The translations under genes were made by a program, and so were the position numbers. A model generated the notes under the pieces. The model saw nothing but the letters and a program-made list of their open reading frames with translations. It had not been told where the DNA came from and ran no database searches. Positions 24,215-33,534 of a DNA stretch of 33,945 nt are shown piece by piece (positions within the stretch are counted from its first letter, which is position 1; each line of letters begins with the position of its first letter). Source of the stretch: Acetobacteraceae bacterium (lineage in GTDB: Bacteria; Pseudomonadota; Alphaproteobacteria; Acetobacterales; Acetobacteraceae); contig JADYYZ010000336.1 of NCBI GenBank assembly GCA_020853405.1, positions 1 to 33,945 of the forward strand, read 5' to 3'.

Positions 24215-24473
24215 GATTAAACAAACAACCATCCCTCTGGTACATGCCGCGGTATCGGGTCTTGCTGAAGCTGAAGCTGAAGCTGACCGGACTCCGGCCA
24301 ACGGCGGCCTTGATGTGCTTGCGGATGGACAACCCGATCGCGCGGCCGGCATGGTGGCCCGTTCGCGCTTCGATGGCCGCGGGCCAAGACCGATGAACCG
24401 CTGCCGTGGTGCGCGGCTCCACCGCGCAATGCCCGATCACCATCCTCAGACTCCGGCGATCGCCGGAAATCAC
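24207..24473 (-). pseudogene. Frame-shifted, 3'-truncated remnant of the C-terminal half of a uroporphyrinogen-III methyltransferase domain (the tail of the CysG-like gene)
   Basis: This is ORF 24207..24473, in a different frame from ORF 24497..25462. Several blocks align with NirE in this same window:
- SLRMVIGHCAVEP aligns with GVRFVTGHCRGDG.
- SWPAAIEARTG aligns with NWASLADPDTT.
- RAIGLS aligns with IYMGLS.
- GRSPVSFS aligns with AETPAVAI.
GC3 bias is still coding-like. The reading frame ends before the conserved ...PVLMVIGRVV block, inside the AT-rich marR promoter region. Confidence 0.4.
24264..24286. repeat. Hexanucleotide tandem repeat (GCTGAA) x3.8
   Basis: The sequence is gctgaagctgaagctgaagctga. 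On the minus strand it encodes SFSFSFS within the methyltransferase remnant. Confidence 0.9.
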
Positions 24474-24496
24474 TCATGCACGGCCGCATCCGTCCG

Positions 24497-25462
24497 TCAT
24501 TGCCCGACGCCAAGCCTGGACAAGCCCTGGATGCGCTCAAGATCGTTGGCTCGTTCCATGCCAGTGGCGAGGCCTGGTACGAAGGCGGCCGGAATCCCCT
24601 GCCGCCGCACCTCCGGCGCCTCTCGCGCCCACACCGCTGCGCCATCGCCGGCACAGAGCCGGATGACCTTGCGACCGTCCTGTGCCTCGCGCAGCGCGGC
24701 CGCGAGGCAATCAGCCGGCTCGGCAAGGCAGAGCAGGGGCGCGTCGCGCCGGGCGAGCGCGAGGACGCCAGATGGGATATCGGGCGCATGCACCACCACG
24801 TCGGCCTCGCCCAGAAGGCGCTGCGCGCGCATCGTGACCAGATCCGCATCGCCAGGGCCCGCGGCCACGAAATGAACGGCGCCGCCGCCGTCAGCCCCGG
24901 CGGCGATCTCGGCCTCGATGATTGCGGCCGCTTCCGCCTCCTCGCCGGCGAAGACGCGCTCGGCCGCCGGCCCGGTGAAGATGCGTTCCAGCACCCGCCG
25001 GCGCAGCCTGGTGTCCGGCAGCGACTGGCGCAGCCGGCCGTTGAATGTCGCAACCAGCGCGGCAAGGCGGCCGAACAGCGGCGGGACGGCGGCTTCGATG
25101 CGCGCGCGCAGCAGGCGGGCCAGCAGCGGTGCCGCGCCACCGGTGCCGACGGCGATGGTCACGGGATCGCGGTCGATGATGGCCGGCATCAGGCAGGTGC
25201 ACAACGCGGGGTGGTCAACGACGTTGACCGGGATATTGCGCGCCCTGGCGGCGGCGGCCAGCGCGGCCAGTTCCGCCTCCTCGGCATCGGCGCCGATCGC
25301 CAGGGCACATCCGTCCAGCAAGGCAGGGTCGAAGCGCGTGGCGTGGACGATTCTGGCGCCGGCTGCGGCGATCGGCGCCGCCTTGCGCCGGGCCACCTCG
25401 CCATCGCCCAGAACCAGGACCGTTCGGCCCTGCAGGATGAGAAAGACCGGCAAGGTCCGCAT
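24497..25462 (-). CDS. cysG: CysG-like siroheme synthase: an intact precorrin-2 dehydrogenase/sirohydrochlorin ferrochelatase half plus a degenerate, interrupted methyltransferase half
   Basis: This is ORF 24497..25462.
- The N-terminal half matches E. coli CysG blocks as I recall them: LPVFLILQGRTVLVLGDGEVARRKA and NVVDHPALCTCLMPAIIDRDPVTIAVGTGGAAPLLARLLRARIE.
- The methyltransferase domain begins at VHFVAAGPGDADLVT.
- That domain has AGDG where GGDP is expected.
- It also lacks about 10 aa before that block.
- It stops 23 codons after VPGL. Confidence 0.8.
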   Translation of the reverse strand: MRTLPVFLILQGRTVLVLGDGEVARRKAAPIAAAGARIVHATRFDPALLDGCALAIGADAEEAELAALAAAARARNIPVNVVDHPALCTCLMPAIIDRDPVTIAVGTGGAAPLLARLLRARIEAAVPPLFGRLAALVATFNGRLRQSLPDTRLRRRVLERIFTGPAAERVFAGEEAEAAAIIEAEIAAGADGGGAVHFVAAGPGDADLVTMRAQRLLGEADVVVHAPDIPSGVLALARRDAPLLCLAEPADCLAAALREAQDGRKVIRLCAGDGAAVWAREAPEVRRQGIPAAFVPGLATGMERANDLERIQGLSRLGVGQ

Positions 25463-25504
25463 CGGCGATTCCGTTCTGTCGCAACTCGGTCGGCCGGAGG
25501 GCCG

Positions 25505-26509
25505 TCACGTGTGTCCGATCCGGACAATCCTGCCATCATGGCGCACCAGGACGGCGCCTTCCAGCGCCGCGCCCCGGCCGGCGTCGAGGAGTGCGAGGCC
25601 CAGCGACTCGGGCAGCACGGCCAATGCGGTGGACCAGCCATCCGCCTCCGCCGCCGTGGCGGCGAGAACCGAGGCCGAGGCCCAGGAATGGGCGCTGCGC
25701 CCGGTCGCGGGATTGAAAAGATGATGGTGGCGGCCATCCGCGCTGAACGTGGTGCCATAGCCGCCCGATGTGGCCAACGCCCGGTTCTCCAGCCCGATGC
25801 TGGCGATGGTGTGCCGCGCGTGGCGTGGATCGCGCAGCCCGATATGCCAGCCTGGCGCTTCGGTCGTGGCATATGGCCCGGCGCCGAGGGCACGGTGCTC
25901 GCCGAGCGAGACCAGCGCGCGGGACAGGCCGCGACGCGCGAGCAGGCCCGTGATGCGATCGGTGATGTAGCCCTGGGCGACTCCATTGAGCGTGATGGCC
26001 ATGCCCGGCTGATCGAAGCTGATCCGCCCGGCAGCGACGGCAACATGGCGCCAGCCCGTGCGGCCAAGCGCGGCGTCGATCGCAGCTTGTGGCGGACCGT
26101 CGCGATCGGTGGGCGCGCGGGCGAAGTGGTCTGCGTAAAGCTGCCACAGCGGCTGCACCGTGATGTCGAAGGCCCCATCGGTCAGCCGGGCGAGATGCAG
26201 GCTGCGCTGTACCAGCAGCACGAGCTCATGCGAAGGGTCGGCGAGCGATCCCTCGCGGTTCAGCCGGCTGATCTCGGACTCCGGGCGCAGCAGGCTGAAC
26301 ACCTGTTCAAGCCGCGCAACCTCGTCCAGCACTTCGGCCGTCACCGCCTCGGCGGTCGCGCGGTCGGGGTGCATCAGCGTCATCTCGGCGGTCGCGCCCA
26401 GCAGGCTTCCTTGCCAGCGCCACATGGCGTCGGCCGCGCGGCCGGTTGTGGCGGGCATGGACATCGCGGCGCCGACATACAGGAAGCGGCGGCGGGGCAG
26501 GCGGGTCAT
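25505..26509 (-). CDS. nirX: ApbE-family FAD:protein FMN transferase (NirX/NosX)
   Basis: This is the inner part of ORF 25505..26638. It has a Tat signal (MTRLPRRRFLYVGAAMSMPA) and ApbE blocks (GAFDITVQPL, LNGVAQGY, LVSLGE, ATSGGY, HHLFNPATG). ATG 26507-26509 overlaps the nirI stop (26506-26508) as ATGA. Confidence 0.88.
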   Translation of the reverse strand: MTRLPRRRFLYVGAAMSMPATTGRAADAMWRWQGSLLGATAEMTLMHPDRATAEAVTAEVLDEVARLEQVFSLLRPESEISRLNREGSLADPSHELVLLVQRSLHLARLTDGAFDITVQPLWQLYADHFARAPTDRDGPPQAAIDAALGRTGWRHVAVAAGRISFDQPGMAITLNGVAQGYITDRITGLLARRGLSRALVSLGEHRALGAGPYATTEAPGWHIGLRDPRHARHTIASIGLENRALATSGGYGTTFSADGRHHHLFNPATGRSAHSWASASVLAATAAEADGWSTALAVLPESLGLALLDAGRGAALEGAVLVRHDGRIVRIGHT

Positions 26510-28701
26510 CGCGGGTCTCCCGCACTGCTCTCGGCCACTGCCTCGCGCCGGGCAGCGCGGCGGCGCCGGCGCTCCATCAATGGCGGGCAGGTGCGGTCGT
26601 CGTAGTAATTGACCTGGCAGCCGAGGCAATGGATGCATTCATTCGGGTTGATGTGGCCATCGGGGTGGATCGCCTGGACCGGGCAGTTCCTGGCGCAGAT
26701 CTGACATTGCGTGCCGCAGGCGGCGCGGCGGCGCAGCCATTCGAACATCCGCATCCGCGCCGGGATGGCCAGCGCCGCGCCGAGCGGGCAGAGGTAGCGG
26801 CAGAAGGCGCGCTCGACGAACAATGCGGCGACGAACAGGACCGCGAGATACAGCAACACCCAGGTCAGCGCGCCGGGGCGGCGCTCTACGCGCAGCAGGA
26901 TCGCGGCCTTGAACGGCTCGACCTCCGTCCAGGGCAGGGCGCCTTCGAGCGATTGCAGGGACAGCGCGAGCAGGCCCAGAAAGATGATGTATTTCAGCGG
27001 CCATAGCCGCTCATGCAGCAGGAACGGCACGCGCAGCTGGACAATGCCGGCGCGGCGGGAGACCGCGTTGGCGAACTCCTGCAACGCGCCGAACGGGCAA
27101 AGCCATCCGCAAAATACGCCGCGCCCGAGAAACAGCAGCGCCACCGCAACCGCGCTCCACAGGATGAAGGCCATCGGATCGACCAGGAAGAATTCCCAGC
27201 GAAAGCCGGTGAGCACGGCATTGACGAACGTCAGTACGTTCACCACCGACAGCTGCGCGCCGATGTACCAACCGAGCCAACCGAGCGTGAAGGCAAGGAA
27301 GCCGAAGCGGACGAGGAGGTGGCGCGTGCGGCTGCGTACCAGCCAGTCCTGCACCACCAGCAGGGCGCCCAGGATGGCGAGGGCGGCGGTGAGCACAGCG
27401 ATGCGTCCCGGCGCGGCGCGCCAGGTGAGTTGCCACAGCGGCCGTTCGCCCGAAGGCGGATCCGGCGCCAGGATGTCGAGCAGCGTTGGCACCGTCGGCA
27501 CGGTGACCGGCGGGCTTGGGCGGTAGAGCGCGGGCAATCGGTATTCCAGCTCGAATCCCGCATGCGCCACACCGCCCTCCCGGGAAGGGCGCGAAATCAT
27601 CAGGGCAAGCTGCCAGGGGCGGGCAAGATCGAGGCCGGGCGTCGCGGGCAGGGTGAACAGCCCGATCTCGGCGAAATCCGGCGCGCCGCTGGCCTGCAAC
27701 CGCGCCAACCGGCGGTGCCGCGGTGCCGTCAGTTCCATGCTGTGCTCGCCCTGCACCAGCCGCACCCGGTCGAACACGCCTGTGCGCACGAACCGGGTAC
27801 CCTTGAATGACACCAGGCCGGACGCGGCGATAAGGATCGGCTGTTCCCCAGGCGCCAGGCCGGCCATCAACGCGGCATAGTCGCGGTCGCCGAGCAGGTT
27901 GCGGCCGATGCGCGCCGGCGCGATCGGGGCGACGAAGAGATCGATCACCAGGCTGTCGGGATCGGCCGGGCGTTCCATGTCCGGCGCGCTGCGGGCAAGG
28001 TCGCCGGCGGTGAGGCGCAATCTTGCGATCGAGCCCTCGGCGAGCAACTCGGTCCAGCTGCGTGGGGTACTCGATTCGAGGTCGATCGTCCCTGCGGCCG
28101 GGTCGGCAATGATGCCGTAGGCGCGCGCAACCTTGCGCGCGGTGCGCAGGATGGCGTCGTCCAGCACCGCACTGCTGATCGTCGCCCCGCTGATCGCGTC
28201 GAACCCGCGCGCGCGCGCCGCTCCTTCGCCCAAGGGCACCGCGCCGGCGGCGTGGATGTCGCGCCCGCGGTAGCCGGCAAGGAAGGCGTGCAGCCGCGAT
28301 TCCGCAATCCCGGCGCCGAGGATCGGCTCGTGATGCTCGGCGAGCAACGCTCCGGCAATCACGCCATCTTTTCGCAGCCCGACCCAGACATCGACGGGCC
28401 GGCCGGAGAAGCCGGTGGAACCGACCGCGGCGGCGCTGGAAAAGACATAGCCGAGCACCTCCCCGCCCCTGCGCGCCACCAGCACCGGCGGCCGCGCGGC
28501 GGTATCGTCGGCTGGCGCGGGGGCCAGCATGTCGGCCCCGGGGAACAGCTCCGCCAGTTCCGCCGGGGTTGGCTGCAACGGGCGCGCCAGCCCAGGGCCC
28601 GTCGCCAGGACGCACAGCATCACCAGCGCCTGCACGACGCCGCGGCCACATGCCCACAGGGCGGGTGCGCAGGCCACGCGCGAACTCATCGGCCACGTCA
28701 T
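26506..28701 (-). CDS. nirI: NosR/NirI-family membrane FMN-binding iron-sulfur protein
   Basis: This is ORF 26506..28791.
- The periplasmic FMN_bind domain carries the flavinylation motif DAISGAT (nt 28200-28180).
- It is followed by multiple TM helices.
- It has CxxxCP motifs (CGWLCPFG, CRYLCPLG).
- It has C-terminal ferredoxin-type clusters (CGTQCQICARNCP, CIHCLGCQVNY).
- I moved the start to ATG 28701 (MTWPMSSRV...) because the 5' end of the ORF runs into the FNR-type palindrome at 28778-28791. ATG 28689 is also possible. Confidence 0.9.
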   Translation of the reverse strand: MTWPMSSRVACAPALWACGRGVVQALVMLCVLATGPGLARPLQPTPAELAELFPGADMLAPAPADDTAARPPVLVARRGGEVLGYVFSSAAAVGSTGFSGRPVDVWVGLRKDGVIAGALLAEHHEPILGAGIAESRLHAFLAGYRGRDIHAAGAVPLGEGAARARGFDAISGATISSAVLDDAILRTARKVARAYGIIADPAAGTIDLESSTPRSWTELLAEGSIARLRLTAGDLARSAPDMERPADPDSLVIDLFVAPIAPARIGRNLLGDRDYAALMAGLAPGEQPILIAASGLVSFKGTRFVRTGVFDRVRLVQGEHSMELTAPRHRRLARLQASGAPDFAEIGLFTLPATPGLDLARPWQLALMISRPSREGGVAHAGFELEYRLPALYRPSPPVTVPTVPTLLDILAPDPPSGERPLWQLTWRAAPGRIAVLTAALAILGALLVVQDWLVRSRTRHLLVRFGFLAFTLGWLGWYIGAQLSVVNVLTFVNAVLTGFRWEFFLVDPMAFILWSAVAVALLFLGRGVFCGWLCPFGALQEFANAVSRRAGIVQLRVPFLLHERLWPLKYIIFLGLLALSLQSLEGALPWTEVEPFKAAILLRVERRPGALTWVLLYLAVLFVAALFVERAFCRYLCPLGAALAIPARMRMFEWLRRRAACGTQCQICARNCPVQAIHPDGHINPNECIHCLGCQVNYYDDRTCPPLMERRRRRAARREAVAESSAGDPR

Positions 28702-28777
28702 CCGACCATCCGATCCGCCCGGAAGCGGGGTTTGCGAACTGCAGGGCGAATTTTCGTCGATCGCTGCGGGATCGACG

Positions 28778-28791
28778 TTGCGCCAACGCAA
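28778..28791. promoter_or_regulatory. FNR/CRP-family (NNR/NnrR/Dnr-type) binding site candidate between nirI and nirS
   Basis: TTGCGCCAACGCAA is a perfect 5-N4-5 palindrome (TTGCG-N4-CGCAA). Flanking partial symmetry extends it (cgacg...aagtcg). Its centre lies about 92 nt upstream of the nirS ATG and about 83 nt upstream of the proposed nirI ATG. That placement is compatible with class II activation in both directions. Confidence 0.55.
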
Positions 28792-28849
28792 AGTCGGACA
28801 CGCGCAGAACGTCTAGCTTGGCCGAGTGGAAGGCCGCGGCTCGCCGTGA

Positions 28850-30616
<1,767 letters not shown>

Positions 30617-30630
30617 GGTGCCGTGGGCTT

Positions 30631-30657
30631 GTGCGGAGCGGCAAAGCTGCTCCGCAC
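30631..30657 (+). terminator. Stem-loop downstream of nirS (attenuator or mRNA-stabilising hairpin candidate)
   Basis: GTGCGGAGCgGC-aaa-GCtGCTCCGCAC forms a 12-bp stem with one mismatch. It starts 15 nt after the nirS stop and has no U-tract. It lies within the long upstream extension of the nirE ORF, which argues for a downstream nirE start. Confidence 0.5.
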
Positions 30658-30703
30658 GGATCCGCGCACTGGGGAGGATGCGGTGGCGGGCGGGACAGCG
30701 GCG

Positions 30704-31522
30704 ATGACAGACAGCGCGATGGGCCAGGTGTTTCTGGTCGGCACCGGGCCGGGTGATCCCGACCTTCTGACCGTCAAGGCATACCGGCTGCTGCGCGAGG
30801 CGGATGTCGTGGTGCATGACCGGCTGGTGTCCCCCGGCGTGATGGCGCTGGTTCCGCCCGGTGTTCACCGTGTCTCCGCCGGCAAGGAAGCGGGGCGCCA
30901 CCAGATGGCGCAAGAAGACATCAATGCCCTGCTGCTGCACCTCGCGCGGGCGGGCAAGCGGGTGGTGCGGCTGAAGGGCGGAGATCCGTTCATCTTCGGC
31001 CGCGGCAGCGAGGAGGCGGCATATCTCGTGGCGCATGGCGTCGCGGTGGAGGTGGTGCCGGGCATCACCTCGGCCTCGGGCTGCACGGCCGAGCTTGGCA
31101 TTCCGCTCACCCATCGCGGCGTTGCCAGCGGCGTGCGGTTCGTCACCGGGCACTGCCGTGGCGACGGGCCGCTCGACCTCAACTGGGCGAGCCTGGCCGA
31201 CCCGGACACCACGCTGGTGATCTACATGGGGCTGTCGAACGCCGCGGAAATCGCCGCGAACCTGATCCGCCATGGGCTGCCGGCGGAAACCCCGGCGGTT
31301 GCGATCGCCAACGGTACCACGGCGGCACGCCGTGACTGCCGCGGCCCGTTGCGCGATATCGCCGCGCGCATCGCCATGGCCGGGTTGCAGTCGCCGGTCC
31401 TGATGGTGATCGGTCGGGTTGTCGCCCTGGCGGGCGTGCCGGAAGGCGCGATCCCGGCGAGTATCCCTGGCGGTGGGTGGGAAAATGCGTTGGTTGCGAA
31501 TGCGCTGGCGGCGGGCGGCTGA
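30704..31522 (+). CDS. nirE: Uroporphyrinogen-III C-methyltransferase (SUMT) for heme d1 synthesis
   Basis: This is the inner part of ORF 30623..31522. Blocks present are VFLVGTGPGDPDLLT, VVHDRLV, VVRLKGGDPFIFGRGSEE, VVPGITSA, GIPLTHRG, VTGH, VIYMG and VLMVIGRVV. The start is uncertain. Candidates are ATG 30704 (used here), GTG 30683 (5 nt after GGAGG) and ATG 30719. Confidence 0.9.
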   Translation: MTDSAMGQVFLVGTGPGDPDLLTVKAYRLLREADVVVHDRLVSPGVMALVPPGVHRVSAGKEAGRHQMAQEDINALLLHLARAGKRVVRLKGGDPFIFGRGSEEAAYLVAHGVAVEVVPGITSASGCTAELGIPLTHRGVASGVRFVTGHCRGDGPLDLNWASLADPDTTLVIYMGLSNAAEIAANLIRHGLPAETPAVAIANGTTAARRDCRGPLRDIAARIAMAGLQSPVLMVIGRVVALAGVPEGAIPASIPGGGWENALVANALAAGG

Positions 31523-31841
31523 GGCGCTGGCAATGCTGGCCCTCTCCTGCGGTGCCGCGGCGGGCCAGGATGGTCCACCGGGCGCGCGGCAGGACGAGTT
31601 GCTGCATCTGCTGCGCCAGGATTGCGGGTCCTGCCACGGCCTGACCTTGCGCGGCGGGCTTGGGCCCGCGCTGACGCCATCGATGCTCCAGCCGCGCAGC
31701 GATGAGGTGCTGGTTGCCACGATCCTGCACGGCCGGCCTGGCACGCCGATGCCGCCCTGGCGTTTCGCCATTGCGCCGGACGAAGCGCAGTGGCTGGTGA
31801 TGCGCCTGCGCGCGGGGGATGTCGGTCATGAGCAGCAGTGA
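31485..31841 (+). CDS. nirC: Monoheme cytochrome c55X
   Basis: This is the inner part of ORF 31419..31841. It has a signal-like N-terminus (MRWLRMRWRRAAEALAMLALSCGAAAG), a heme c site (CGSCHG) and a distal Met block (GTPMPPW). It overlaps the end of nirE by 38 nt, or by 23 nt if ATG 31500 is used. Confidence 0.85.
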   Translation: MRWLRMRWRRAAEALAMLALSCGAAAGQDGPPGARQDELLHLLRQDCGSCHGLTLRGGLGPALTPSMLQPRSDEVLVATILHGRPGTPMPPWRFAIAPDEAQWLVMRLRAGDVGHEQQ

Positions 31842-33045
31842 TCGCGGATCGACCGTTTCGCGCCGCCGGCTGCTCGGCACCGGCGCGAAAGCCACGGTGC
31901 TGGGGCTGGCCCTGCTGGGCGTGGCCGCGGCGCCGCCGCGCGGCACCGGCGACCTGGCGCTGGTGGTCGAACGCGCGAGCGGCACGGTGCAGATCGTCGA
32001 CACCACGGCGCGGCAGGTGGTGTCGCGGGTGGCCGGGCTCGGCGACCTGTCGCACGCCACCGCGGTATTTTCCCGCGACGCGCGCCACGCCTTCGTCTTT
32101 GGCCGCGACGGCGGGCTCAGCAAGATCGACCTGCTGGCCGGCGAGGTGGTGGCGCGGGTGGTGCAGGCGGGCAATTCCATCGGCGGTGCCATCTCTGACG
32201 ACGGCACCATCGTCGCGGTCGGCAACTACGCCCCGGGCGGCGTCAAGCTGTTCGCCACCGGCTCGCTGGCGCCGCTGGCCGATATCCCGGCGCTGACCGC
32301 CGGCGGGGCGATGCGGTCCAAGGTGGTCGGCCTGGTCTCGGCCCCCGGCCGCCGCTTCGTCGTCGCACTGTACGATGCCGGCGAGATCTGGCTGATCGAC
32401 TGTGCCGACCCGGCCGCGCCGCTTGTGCGCAAGTATCCCGGCATCGGCCGGCTGCCATACGATGGCAACATCACCTCCGACGGCCGCTTCTACATCGCCG
32501 GGCTGTTCGGCGAGGACGGGCTGGCCTTGCTCGACCTGTGGAATCCCGATGCCGGGGTGCGCCGCATCCTTGACGGCTACGGCCGCGGGGAGGAGCCGCT
32601 GCCGGTCTACAAGATGCCCCATCTGGCCGGCTGGGGCCGCGCCGGCGGCTTGCTGCTGGTGCCCGCGGTGGGCCGGCATGAGGTGCTGGTGATCGACACG
32701 GCGCAGTGGCGCGAGGTCAAGCGGATCCCGGTGCGGGGCCAGCCGGTGTTCATCGTCGTGCGGCCCGACGGGCGGCAGGCCTGGGTCAACTTCGCGCTGC
32801 CCGACAGCGGCACGGTGCAGGTGATCGACATGCTCACGCTGGCGCCGATGCGCGACCTGCAGCCGGGCAAGGCGGTGCTGCACATGGAGTTCTCCCCGCG
32901 CGGCGAGCAGATGTGGGTGTCGGCGCGCGACTCCGGCAAGGTGGTCGTTTACGACAGCCGAACCTTCGCGATCCTCGCCGAATTGCCGTCGCAAAGCCCG
33001 AGCGGCATCTTCATGGCCGCGCGCGCCCATACGATGGGCCGCTAG
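31819..33045 (+). CDS. nirF: NirF, a cd1-like beta-propeller protein of heme d1 biosynthesis
   Basis: This is ORF 31819..33045. It resembles the NirS d1 domain (LALVVERASGTVQIVD, HATAVFSRDARHAFVFGRDG, LFATGSL, EIWLID, PHLAGWG, GRHEVLVID, LHMEFSPRGE, VVVYD). The N-terminus has a twin-arginine-like signal (STVSRRRLLGTGAKATVLGLALLGVAAA). It overlaps nirC by 23 nt. Confidence 0.9.
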   Translation: MSVMSSSDRGSTVSRRRLLGTGAKATVLGLALLGVAAAPPRGTGDLALVVERASGTVQIVDTTARQVVSRVAGLGDLSHATAVFSRDARHAFVFGRDGGLSKIDLLAGEVVARVVQAGNSIGGAISDDGTIVAVGNYAPGGVKLFATGSLAPLADIPALTAGGAMRSKVVGLVSAPGRRFVVALYDAGEIWLIDCADPAAPLVRKYPGIGRLPYDGNITSDGRFYIAGLFGEDGLALLDLWNPDAGVRRILDGYGRGEEPLPVYKMPHLAGWGRAGGLLLVPAVGRHEVLVIDTAQWREVKRIPVRGQPVFIVVRPDGRQAWVNFALPDSGTVQVIDMLTLAPMRDLQPGKAVLHMEFSPRGEQMWVSARDSGKVVVYDSRTFAILAELPSQSPSGIFMAARAHTMGR

Positions 33046-33048
33046 GGC

Positions 33049-33534
33049 ATGGACATGGTGCCGCCGCCGGCCGACGAACCCGGCACCGACGCGCTGGACC
33101 GGGCGTTGCTCGACCGGTTCCAAAGGGGATTCCCGCTTCAGTCGCGCCCCTTCGCGGTGCTGGGGGACTGCCTGGGCATATCGGAGGCCGAGGTGATTGC
33201 CCGGCTGACGCGGCTGCGCGCGGCCGGGATGGTGGGCCGGGTGGGCGCGGTGATCGCGCCGCGTCGTGCCGGGGCCAGCACGCTGGCGGCGATGTGCGTG
33301 CCGGAAGCGCGGCTGGATGAGGTCGCCGCCATCGTCAGCCGCCATCCGGCGGTGAACCACAACTATTCCCGCGAGCACGCCTTCAACCTGTGGTTCGTGG
33401 TGACCGCCACCGATGCCGCCGCAGTGCAGGCGGCGCTGGACGACATCGGCCGCGAGTCCGGGATCGTGCCGCTCGACCTGCCGCTGGTCGAGGCGTTCCA
33501 CATCGACCTGGGGTTCCCGCTGCGATGGAACTGA
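33049..33534 (+). CDS. nirD: Siroheme decarboxylase subunit (AsnC/Lrp-like NirD family)
   Basis: This is ORF 33049..33534. The N-terminal wHTH is LDRALLDRFQRGFPLQSRPFAVLGDCLGISEAEVIARLTRLRAAGMVGRVGAVI. It is followed by HPAVNHNYSREHAFNLWFVVTA, the NirD/AhbA signature. Confidence 0.85.
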   Translation: MDMVPPPADEPGTDALDRALLDRFQRGFPLQSRPFAVLGDCLGISEAEVIARLTRLRAAGMVGRVGAVIAPRRAGASTLAAMCVPEARLDEVAAIVSRHPAVNHNYSREHAFNLWFVVTATDAAAVQAALDDIGRESGIVPLDLPLVEAFHIDLGFPLRWN

